Shown in pieces: positions 37,101 to 47,540 of a stretch of 49,705 bases of DNA. This stretch comes from Chiloscyllium plagiosum (lineage: Eukaryota). The stretch's first letter is position 1. The number at the start of each line of letters is the position of its first letter. The notes below the pieces were generated by a model. It worked only from the letters and a program-made list of their open reading frames with translations, had not been told where the DNA came from and did not search any database. A program made the position numbers and the translations under genes. The stretch lies in NCBI RefSeq assembly GCF_004010195.1, contig NC_057719.1, forward strand, positions 85,442,923 through 85,492,627, in the 5' to 3' direction.

Positions 37101-40100
37101 GAGGCACCAATGGCATTGAGGATCGGCTCTCTTTTAGCTAGGTTTCCATAAGCAAGTGGTCTGTAGGCAACATGATTTTCCCTTCTCACACAGTGGGGTT
37201 AGAGCCCAAAGAGAGAAGAAGCAGGTCGACAGACAAAGGAGTAGGGCAGAACATTCTGCAAAGTGGTCACGACTTCCCATCCTCCAAGAACCTCCACGGT
37301 GCAATCTCTGATGCACTGACAAGGATCTTTAGTCAGGGCATTCCAGGATGGCAATTGAAGAGCAGCCACTGGTACTAGTCCAGAGTGTTTATTAATACAA
37401 TCCTGCACTGATTCTGGATTAGGATCCAATACAGAGTCGTCCATGTGATCAATCTTGAGTTATGCTGCCAGGAAGATTCCATCATATTCCAGTTGAGTGT
37501 CTCTTCTAACACGTTGTAGTTGGAACATCTTATTTCCATCGTAATATAGGTAATCCGGAACAAGATGAATCAGTCCCACGATGTGTCCGATCCCATTAGG
37601 ATGTAGTTGGCCCAATGAGGCAAATAGAAAGTGATACCTGTGTCAAATCACCAAAAGATAAAACACTTAATTGCTACTGTTCAGATTACTGCAATACTTA
37701 TAAAAGGTATAGCACTGTTACTAATCATTCATTTTAGTGAACACCAGGAAATTAAACAAAACAATTATATGGTGATACTTTAAGCAAGCTCAAATGAATT
37801 ACTTTATCCAATTACCTTTTCCAAAGCACCTATTTGGATTGTTACTGTCACTATACATTCTAAACCTATTACTTGGTAATCATTGTGTTCATTATTTTTC
37901 AATTGAACTTGGATTAAAAATTGTTTTGACATTCTTAACTTACAGCTTCACCTTTTTGACCAATAGATACTTTGCTGGATCCAGTTTCTAAATGTTTTCT
38001 TCTTTGCTTTTTATTCTCTGCACCTTAATTTGCAAAGCCAAGTATCCTGTATGCTTTCTTATCAATGCATCTGCCACTGTTAAAAAGGTTTGTGAAAATG
38101 TATCCCCAAGTCCTTCTGCACTTGCACCCTCAGTCTAGGTTATGGAGTCTCCATATTGTTTCCAAAACTACTTTGTATTAAATTGGATATGTTTATATGG
38201 CTGAAATTTGCTGCTATCCTGCTCACTACTTACTACATTTCCAATTTTTGTAGCATCTGCAGACTTCAAATATTTTGACTCCCATTCACTAGGCAAAGAA
38301 TTTATAGAACATTTACAACATGACAGGTGGCGATTTGGCCTATCGTGTTCCTGACATTCAATAAAGCTTTGCCCAGCCTTGTTCCACCTTCCTGCATTAA
38401 GTTCATAGGCCTGTAAGTCATGGCTTCTCCAGTGGACAGCCATGTAACTTTTTAAATGTGAGTGCTTCTGCTTTCAGGTAGTAAGTTTGAAATCCATATA
38501 ATCCTCTGGGTTAAAAATACATTTCCTCATCTTCACTTAAGTCCTCTGCTAAACACATACTCTGTGGACTTTGACTCCTTTACTCTACTCAGGCCCCTCA
38601 TAATCTTAGATTACTCAATGAAGTCACCTCTTGGCCTTCCTTGTTCCAAGTAAGGTAACCCTAGGATGCCCAATCTCTTCTCATAGTAAACATTTTTCAT
38701 CCTGGCAACATGCCTGTAAATCCCCTCAACCTTTTCAACCACAATCTCATTTTCCCTGTTAACATGGTCTGCAGGGCTACACGCCATACACAAGTTGTGG
38801 TCCAACAAGTGTTGAGTACAGTTTTAGCATGTCCTCCCTGTTCTTCTCTTCTGTGCATTGGTTAACACACATTTTCTAAACCAGCTCATTTGACCAGATT
38901 CTATAAAAACCAGCTCATTTGACCAGATTCATACTGAACTTTAAACACTAAATCTTTCACTCTCCAGATGCTGCCAGACCTGCTGAGTGTTAACTCTAAC
39001 TTCTAAATATCTATCTTTCCAGACTGCTCAGCATTCTCCCATTTATTCTGTACTGTAAGTTGCAAAATATATCAGTGCACACCTATTTGGATAAAATTTT
39101 ATTTTCCACTGCCCTTTTGTCTCAAAATCTATATTTTTCTGCTCTTTAAAGCTTTCCTCCTCACATAGCCAATCTTTGTTTTACCTGCAAAGATTAATGA
39201 CCTGAGAGCTGAGCTCTATAGAATCACATTAGTAACAGTTTTTCAGTACAAGAACACACATCAATCACTACCATTTGCTTCCAGCCAGCAAACAAATTTT
39301 ATACAAATGTATTATTGTAATGTATATACAATATTGTCTTATTCCTTCCTCTTTGTTACTTCACAAGGTGGATTAGTCAGGGTTTGGAATGGGGAAAACT
39401 GGTTAGCTCCGTCGACTAGCCTGCTAGTGTGATTCAAAAGTGTCAATACCTAGAGTTTGATCCCTGTTCCAGTTCAGGTAGACTTGGGGTTTTACTCATC
39501 ACTTTGCCTTTTAATTTAAAAAAAACGTCTCAAGCCATAGTTCAGAGACCCTGAAATGATTGAGGATGCTACCTGGAGAAGATGATTGGACGTAATTTCT
39601 CTTCATCAAATATTTGCTGGCTCTCCTTTTCTTAAAAAAAAATCATCAGTCTGTTTAGACTTTTTGTGACAAATCCAGGGCAGGTACAACTTGATCCCTG
39701 AGTTTCGAGCCCAGAGTTAGGGACACAACCACTGCATCACAAGATTCTCTTGGTGTCCTTGATTAACGTGTACATCTCCAAGTGACAGTTAATGGTTTCC
39801 CCACCGTTGAGGTTAGACTGACCATTTTGTTCCACTCTCTTTTATGAACAGAGTTGCAGCTGAGGGATAACCATTGGCTAAGAGACTGAGAAAACTCCTG
39901 GGGTCCTGCAAGATCTTTCATGCATTGTCATTACCTGTAATTACCAACAGTCAGCTCCACTGGCAAACTGGATAGATTCATTTGAGTAACGTTCTCCTCA
40001 AGTGAGTTGAAAAAAACACAAGGTGGACCATGTTTAAATTGAAGTGGATCATCCATCCTGTATCCTCGGAACCTGTGTAAAGGGAAATTTGATTTAACAG

Positions 40101-41484
40101 TCAGGGGATTGTTTAACATACTGTCAGCAATCTATATCTTCCAATCCAACTTGGATGGCAGCTACCTCTGTTGCTGAGACAGTATTTGTAACATGTTTGC
40201 AGTTTGATTCTGTTGGTGATATGATGTAAGTTTTCCCAGTTGTTACAATCCCCATAGAGAGCAATAACCATAAAGTAAAGGAATCCCCAACCAATGCCTG
40301 ATAAAAGAAAGGTTTCATTTTAAACAATATTTACTCTCACAATCAAACCGACATTTAACTTAATTCAAACATTAACAGGCAAATGACCATTAAAATTATA
40401 TTTTAAATTACATTGTAGATTAAATAATCAAAACAATAAAGATACATTTTGCAAAATTGCAAGGCTCCTTCAGCGATAAAGGCAATAAACTCAGCTACTG
40501 AGTCCTATGGACATCCGTTGTTGAAATAATTCTTTTCCTGATGCAGAGAATAGGCCCAACATCTCCTCATTTAGTCAGTCATTTTGTCACACTAACATGG
40601 AGCTAAAAATCAGATCCTTCCAGAAAATCGCTTCAGCATTTAGCTTCCAGAATCCCTTTGTGGATAAACAGAAACTGAGAACTTTGACTTTAAGGAGCAA
40701 AAATACTCATAACCAAGCAGAGCTTCATCCCCTCTGCATTCACTCCCTTCTCTATTGCTGACTATCTTCAGTTCTGGTTTGCTGACATAGCACACATCAG
40801 GATTGGGAACTTGGGTCCATATCTCCAGTTGGCTCCCTCTTCAGCCTTGCCAGAGTTCGCCCAGGGCTGCGGTCGCTTAGCTGCCTCCTATCCACTGGCC
40901 AGGAGGATCTGTGGTTCCATTGGATCCAACGTCAGGTGTTTTACAACCATTCAATTCCTTACCTTTTATATGGTTTCTGTGTTTCAGATCCAAGGTCATT
41001 TCTTGCTATTGCACTTATTCCATCTCACACTAACAAACCATGTTTCCTTCTGTCCTGTCCTTTCAAAAGGTTACAGACCCCTGTGCATTTGATTGCGAAC
41101 TTCGATATTCTTTTAATAATTATGGGAGACAGTTACAAGATCATGCCCATTCAATTTTGTGTGTGCCATTAATTAACTTACTTTTCCTCGCTACATGCCC
41201 CCTCCGAATATATTTTGCATTTAAGTAAAGAGCCATTAATTTAGCCTTTTTTCTATTTCTCCCTCTTGACCCTATCTGCAACTATTTTCCAATGTTTGTA
41301 CTCTGTCCATTCCTGTACCACCCTGGGTATTGACTCTGGGCATTGTTATCTAAAAAGGCTGCCATGTAATGCTGCCGTATCCTTTTGCTTGTCAGTCTAC
41401 ATATCCCCCCACCCAAACACTCCACAGACCCCTTATTAATTTTTTTTAGTTGTCCTAGTCATAAGTATAGAGTTATGGAGTCAA

Positions 41485-41700
41485 GGAGGAGAAAGTGAGG
41501 TCTGCAGATGCTGGAGATCAAAGTTGAAACTTTATTGCTGGAACAGCACAGCAGGTCAGGCAGCATCCAGGGAACAGGAGATTCGACGTTTCGGGCACAG
41601 GCCCTTCTTCAGGAAGAAGGGCCTGTGCCCGAAACGTCGAATCTCCTGTTCCCTGGATGCTGCCTGACCTGCTGTGCTGTTCCAGCAATAAAGTTTCAAC
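41485..41700 (-). mobile_element. Young Penelope-derived palindromic insertion (88-bp perfect arms)
   Basis: 41523-41610 is the exact reverse complement of 41613-41700. TSD agttat(g/a)gagtcaa at 41471-41484 and 41701-41714. Empty site in copy A near 30139-30152. Confidence 0.88.
41581..41615 (-). ncRNA. Minimal hammerhead ribozyme motif
   Basis: UUC-CUGAAGA-A-GGGC-CUGU-GCCC-GAAA-C-GUC-GAAU on the - strand. Confidence 0.68.
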
Positions 41701-41714
41701 AGTTATAGAGTCAA

Positions 41715-42850
41715 ACAGACCTTACGGTCCAACTCATCAATGCCAATCAGATATCCAAACAAATCTAGTCCTATTTGCTAGCATTTGCCCACATCCTTCT
41801 CATCCCATCTTATTCATGTACCCATCCAGATGCCTTTAAATGTTGTAATTGTACATGCCTCCACCACTTCCTCTGGCAATTCGTTCCATACACGCACCAC
41901 CCTCTGTCTGAAAATATTGCCCTTCTCACTTTAAAACTATGCTGTCTAGTTTTGGACTGCTGTACCCTGGGAAAAAGAGCTTGGCCATTTACCCTCTCCA
42001 TGCCATTCATGATTTTATAAACTTTGCTATCACTAAATCCCTCCAATCCAGTCAACTCCCTGTAAATATTTTCTGAACCCTTTCAAGTCTAACATCTTCC
42101 TTACGAAGTATGTAGTATTCTAAAGGTGTTGCAACATGACACTCCAACTTCTCTACTCAATGCACTGACCAATGTAGGTAAGCAAGGCAAATGCCTTTTT
42201 CACCACTCTGCCTACCTGCAACTCCACATTCAAGGAACTATACACCTGCACCCTGAATTCTTTGTTCAGCAGCACTCACCAGGGCCTAACCATTAATTGT
42301 ACAAGTTCCGCACTGGCTTGCCTTATCAAAATGTGCCACCTCACGTTTATCTAAATTAAACTCCATTCGTTACTCCTTAGCCCATTGGCCCATCTGATCA
42401 AGGTACTTTTGTACTCTGAGATAACTACTTGCAACTGTCCATTACATGACCAATTTTGGTGTCATCTGCAAATTTATTAATGATGCCTCCTATATGTACA
42501 ACCAAATCATTATTTTAAATGACGAAAAGCAGTGGACCCAGCACTAACCCTTGCAGCAAAAGCTGTTCACAAATCTCTTATCTGAAAAAAATCTCTACCA
42601 CCACCCTCTGTTTCCTATCTTCAAGTTAATTTGTATACAGTTGGTTAGCTCCCTCTGGAATTCCATGTGATCTAATCTTGCCGACCAGTGGAACTATGAG
42701 GCATGAGGTAACTTGTCAAATGCCTTGCTGAAGTCCATTTGGAATGCCAATCTGCCTTCTGTCTTGTTTGTCACTTCTTCGAAAAACTCAATCAAGTTAG
42801 TGAGACGCAATTTCTTATGCATAAAGCCATGTTGACTCACCTTAATCAGC
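41715..42850 (-). mobile_element. Degenerate CR1-clade LINE fragment (copy B)
   Basis: LTNLIEFFEEVT..MDFSKAFDKLPH; duplicate of 30150-31380. Confidence 0.8.
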
Positions 42851-43440
42851 GCTAGTGCTGGGGTTGAATGAATGACTGAATTTCCGAGTATTGAAGACAA
42901 CCCTTCATTCATTCAATACACTGCCTAGTGAGCCTCAATCATACTATTCAACATTTCTTATCCACTGGAGTGTCAAGTGAGCTGTTACCTAGCTACCTAG
43001 CCAAGCGTCCAGTACAAAATAAAGGGTGGCATCACAGGAAAACCGAATTGCTTGGTAATAGCTGGAAATTTAACTATTATAGGGTCATGTACAGCATGGA
43101 AACAGACCCTTCAGTCCAACTTGTCCATGCTAATCAGATATCCTCACCTAATCTAGTCCCATTTGCCAGCACTTGACCCATACCCCTCTAAACCCTTCCT
43201 ATTCATATACCCATCCAGATGCCTTTTAAATGCTGTAATTGTACAAGCCTCCATCACTTCCTCTGGCAGCTCATTTCACACACGCACCACCCAGGGGTAA
43301 ATTGAAGCTTTCTGAAGATACTCTTAAATAGAACTGAGTTGAATTGCACTAGTTTATTTCTTTTAGCATATTTTCCTAATCAGTTGAAACTTTATTGCTG
43401 GAACAGCACAGCAGGTCAGGCAGCATCCAGGGAACAGGAG

Positions 43441-43476
43441 ATTCGACGTTTCGGGCACAGGCCCTTCTTCAGGAAT
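43441..43476 (-). ncRNA. Minimal type I hammerhead ribozyme motif (mirror copy)
   Basis: Exact reverse complement of 43485-43520. Confidence 0.72.
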
Positions 43477-43484
43477 GAAGATTC

Positions 43485-43520
43485 ATTCCTGAAGAAGGGC
43501 CTGTGCCCGAAACGTCGAAT
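43485..43520 (+). ncRNA. Minimal type I hammerhead ribozyme motif
   Basis: AUUC-CUGAAGA-A-GGGC-CUGU-GCCC-GAAA-C-GUC-GAAU: intact CUGANGA/GAAA core, 4-bp stem II, AUUC/GAAU stem I, loopless stem III; predicted cleavage after C43516. Confidence 0.75.
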
Positions 43521-44698
43521 CTCCTGTTCCCTGGATGCTGCCTGACCTGCTGTGCTGTTCCAGCAATAAAGTTTCAACTTTGATCTCCAGCATCTGCAGA
43601 CCTCACTTTCTCCTATTTTCCTAATCAACCTGCTCAGAGATGACATTGCACACCTCTGGAGCAGGTGGGAATTGAACCTGGGCCTCTTAGTCCAGGGAGA
43701 GGGGCATTACCACAAGAGGGCCCCATGACACATTCCAGGTCATTTTCAATAACAATTAATGTCCATTTAGACTTCAGGTGACTGACTGACAATTGTCCCT
43801 CTGGTAACCTGAGTCAGCTACATTATTAACCTGTTGCCAAAACACCTGGTTTGAGCTCTTCATTTATTTCTGAACCTTTGGAAATCAGCAATTTTCATGC
43901 GAAACAAATAAGTTAAACAGGTAAAGTGACTGTACCTTCCAGCAAGAGCTTTTCCTTGAGACCAACAAAATATTTTTCGAATGTAAAAGAGCACCTTAGT
44001 CATCAGCAATTGTAAAATATTTGGCGTCTTCTTTTGTAATTTTGGACTGTGGAAGGAAAAAAAGAGAAAAATAATTCTTACGAACAGAAGATGCCCACAA
44101 TGGAGAAATATGATTACAATGGAGAGTCAGCTTTTGACTCTTTCCAAAGCAGTAATTTGTAAATGAAACAAAGAAATATAAACAGATAACGTGACTGTAC
44201 CTTCCAGCAGGAGGTGTTTCTTGACATTTACGTGACATCCTTCCATTAATAAGAAAATCATTATTGATTAATAATTGGAATTTACGTGCTGTGGTGATAC
44301 CTTCATTTCTCCTGGGAAAGGAAAAAAACATAATTTGTGTGAACACAGGATGGATTCATTCACTCAGATGAGACACATGATTAAATTGGATAGCCAGCTT
44401 TAGTGCAAGATAATTCTGGATGCTTGAAAATAGATTTCTCTGTCAGGCTGGCATCTTTTACACTGTTAATAGAAAATAAACCAAGTTTATTTCTGTGAGT
44501 GTTTCGATATGTGGTAAATGTTAACATGCATCAATATCAGCCCTAGGCAGATGATTGTCAGGTGGTATGGGTAAGAATTATCCAGTTTATTTATTGGTTA
44601 TTTTTCAGTCCAGCTGGCATTTCACCACCACATGCTGAATGGTGAGGCTATTGGGTACATTGAGATAGCCTCCATGTGGTGTCCTTGGTGAGGGGCTA

Positions 44699-44822
44699 AG
44701 GAGAAAGTAAGGATCGCAGATGCTGGAGATCAGAGTCGAGAGTGTGGTGCTGGGAAAGCACAGCAGGTCAGGCAGCAACCAAGGAGCAGGAGAATCAACG
44801 TTTTGGGCATAAGCCCTTCATC
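44699..44822 (-). mobile_element. Penelope-derived 3'-end fragment abutting a G21 run
   Basis: Same family as 23363-23591; poly-G at 44823-44843. Confidence 0.65.
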
Positions 44823-46098
44823 GGGGGGGGGGGGGGGGGGGGGTAATGGAGGGTGCCTTCCTTTCTGGCTCTTCCACTTGTTTTATTTACTGACAGAGGA
44901 TTTGGATGCTGCTGACTGGATCTGTTGTCCATCTATTGCTCATCTATCTCTTGACTTTGAATAGTGGTGTGTATGGAGGCAACAGAGCTGGACAAGGATG
45001 GGGGTGAATGACTCTAGTGGTGTCTTCACTGGGGATTGTGAAGGCAGTAATGCTGGAGAAGAGAACAGTAGAGAAAGTAAACTTTACAGTAATGAAGTTT
45101 TGAAAAAAAGTTGTTGGAAAAATTGAGAATGAGACCAGTTTAGAATTAGTGATGAGTGGATCATGCAAAACACTGACTATTTTGAACAGGATTAGGAAGC
45201 ACACATGCTCTCTGCTGCATTTTAAAATCTGACAATCACTAAAGCTAAAAAGAAAAGCCCCTTTCTGGCCCCACCATGGTAATTTCTGTTTGAGGAGGTA
45301 TTTTTGATACTTACATCATCTTGTACTTAGAGAAAGTTGCAAAATTTCTTCTTTTAGGACAACAATCCTCTGAGCAAACACTCCGCTGATCGAGGGGTTA
45401 TGCTCAAAACATTGATAGTCCTGCCCCTCAGATGCTGCCTGACCAGCCGTGCTTTTCTAGCACCACACTTTTCTTCTCTTGTTATTGGCTGACATTTGTG
45501 TGGCCTTAAGGTTATTGCTGATGATTAGCCAGATATTGAAACAGTGCCTGCATGCAGTGTGATCTGGACAATATTGAGGCTTGAGTTAATAAATAACATT
45601 CATGCAGCAGAAGTGTCAGGCAATGTCCATCTCCAACAAGAGAGAATCAAACTTTTCCTTCTTCACATTCATATAGAATCACTAACAGTGAATCCCCACG
45701 ACTAGTAATCCTTCAGATAGTAGTTAACCTCCGGTCTCCCCACAGTCTGTTCATGCTCTCAAAGGCAGGAGTCTGATGGAGTAATCTCCCTTTGCCTGAA
45801 TAAGTGCAGCTTCAATAACAGCGATGAAGTGTCAAATCAGCCAGGACAAATAATGTGCTTGTTCAACACCCCTTCTACCTCCATAAATATGATTTAATTT
45901 TATTTATTGTAATCATGTGTACATAAGTACAGTGAAACGTTTTGTTAGCGAGCAGTACAGGCAGATCATAGTAATTAAGGACATACAGATCACAGGGTGC
46001 TTAAACAGAGTGAAGCATACAAGTTATACTGCATAGGAGGTGCACAAAGCAAGAACAGCATTAACAAGATCAACATTATTTGAAGTTGGAGAGCTCAT

Positions 46099-46410
46099 GG
46101 CAGCACGGTGGCACAGTGGTTAGCACTGCTGCCTCACAGCACCAGAGACCTGGGTTCAATTCCCGCCTTAGGCAACTGTCTGTGTGGAGTTTGCACGTTC
46201 TCCCCGTGTCTGTGTGGGTTTCCTCCAGGTGCTCTGGTTTCCTCCCACAGTCCAAAAATGTGCAGGTTAGGTGAATTGGCCATGCTAAATTGTTAGGTGA
46301 AGGGGTAAAGGTAGGGGGATGGGTCTGTGTGGGTTACTCTTTGGAGGGTCGGTGTGGACTTGTTGGGCCGAAGGGCCTGTTTCCACACTGTAAGTAATCT
46401 AATCTAATCT
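46099..46410 (+). mobile_element. HE1-type tRNA-derived SINE
   Basis: Close copy of 12033-12357 with (AATCT)3 tail. Confidence 0.85.
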
Positions 46411-46719
46411 TCATTCATCAGTCCAAAAATGGTAGGGAAGAAGCTGTACTTGAACCGGTTAGTGCATATGTTCAAGCCTCTGCCAGATAAAAGAGGGGTG
46501 TAGCAGAGTATTACCGGTAGGGGAAGAGTCTTTTATGATAATTGAGTTGACTGGGATTATATTCATTGGAATTTAGAAAAATGAGGGAAGATCTTATAGA
46601 AACATATAAAATTATGAAGGTAATAGATAAGATAGAAATAGCAAGGATGTTTCCACTGGCGGATGAAACTGGAACAAGAGGGCATAGCCTCAAAATTAGC
46701 GGGGTAGAGATGAAAAAGC

Positions 46720-47070
46720 CTGCAGAGACAGGAATCCAAAGTAGACAGGCAGGATGCTGGAAGGACACACAAGCCAGGCAGCATCAGGAGGTGGAGAAGT
46801 TGACATTTCGGGAGTAACCCTTCTTCAGGACTGGGGGTGGGTGTGGGGTGAGCTGCAGATAAAAGGGGTGGGAAGGGCAGGGTGGTGAAATGGGGATAGG
46901 TGAAGGTAGGCAGAGGGTACGGCCTGGTTGGTCAATGGGAGGAATGAATTCAGAAAGTGGCTGGGAGGAGTGGAAGGGAGGGGGATGGTCGGGGAAGGGA
47001 GTTGGGGGAAGGGAAGTGAAGTTATTTGAAATTGGAGGACTCAATGTTGAGTACTCTGGCCTGTAGGCCA
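46720..47070 (-). mobile_element. Penelope-like terminal fragment inserted in a CR1 remnant
   Basis: CUGAAGAAGGGUUACUCCCGAAAUGUC on the - strand near 46802-46828; related copy at about 26968-27130. Confidence 0.65.
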
Positions 47071-47540
47071 ATGTGTGGTTTTGTCCTTTGTGGCAGTGGC
47101 AAAATTAGGGGGAGCAGATTTAGGACTGAATGAGAAGAAATGTCTTCACCCAAGGGTTGAATCTGTGGAATTCCCTGCCCAGTGAAGTAGTTGAGGCTTC
47201 CTCATTGAATCTTTTTAAAGCTAAGATGGATAAGCTTTTTAACAGTGAAGGAATTAAGGGTTATAGTGAAAGGATGGGTAAGTGAAGGTGAGGCCACGAA
47301 AAGATCAGCCATGATCTTATTGAATGGCAGAGTGGGCCCCAAACATCAGTTGGCCTATTCCTGCTCCTGATTGTTCTGCTCTTATGCTTTTTTTAACAAG
47401 ACCTGAGAAAAATAAAATTCTCTGCTCCTCAGTCTTAAGTAACCCCTTATTCTTAAACTATGTCCCCAGTTCTAGTCCTACTCGAAAGAGGTAACAGCCA
47501 CCTAATAATTACTTACTGGATGTATGTAGTACCATGGATA

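Larger units (their letters stand above)
43383..43613 (+). mobile_element. Young Penelope-derived palindromic insertion (about 97-bp perfect arms)
   Basis: 43383-43479 is the exact reverse complement of 43482-43578. Perfect TSD tattttcctaatca at 43369-43382 and 43614-43627. Confidence 0.88.
37276..44311 (-). pseudogene. Degraded multi-exon gene, copy B: C14orf28/USP-like cysteine-protease-fold domain (exons 44311-44201, 44046-43936, 40297-39935, 37637-about 37276)
   Basis: AG/GT-bounded, phase-compatible exons. The spliced product reads ..FKHGPPCVFFNS..LPVELTVGNYR|YHFLFASLGQLHPNGIGHIVGLIHLVPDYLYYDGNK. Lesions: in-frame stops (e.g. 37460-37462), a frameshift near 40130 and a 3' deletion. Confidence 0.7.
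37099..44563. repeat. Tandem segmental duplication, copy B
   Basis: Direct-orientation partner of 24582-35312; lacks about 2.7 kb equivalent to about 24750-27435 and retains about 38911-40526 that copy A lacks. Confidence 0.9.

Noticed and set aside
40600..41080. Additional exon of the hidden gene (also about 29330-29760 in copy A)
   Set aside because: Partly open frames exist, but there are multiple stops, no consistent splice pair and no motif I can recognise.
41485..43613. CRISPR array, terminator or DNA-transposon MITE reading of the palindromes
   Set aside because: This is eukaryotic DNA with no repeat-spacer pattern. The arms are asymmetric (extra tail at one end), the fold-back points differ, and 13-14 bp TSDs fit retrotransposition with 5' inversion.
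44823..44843. G21 run as a functional G-quadruplex
   Set aside because: It lies at the truncated edge of a repeat and may be slippage or a sequencing artefact; there is no supporting context.
44889..45244. Further upstream exon of the hidden gene (pyrimidine tract plus AG near 45245 on -)
   Set aside because: Low-complexity translation with stops in the plausible frames; cannot be supported without a homologue.
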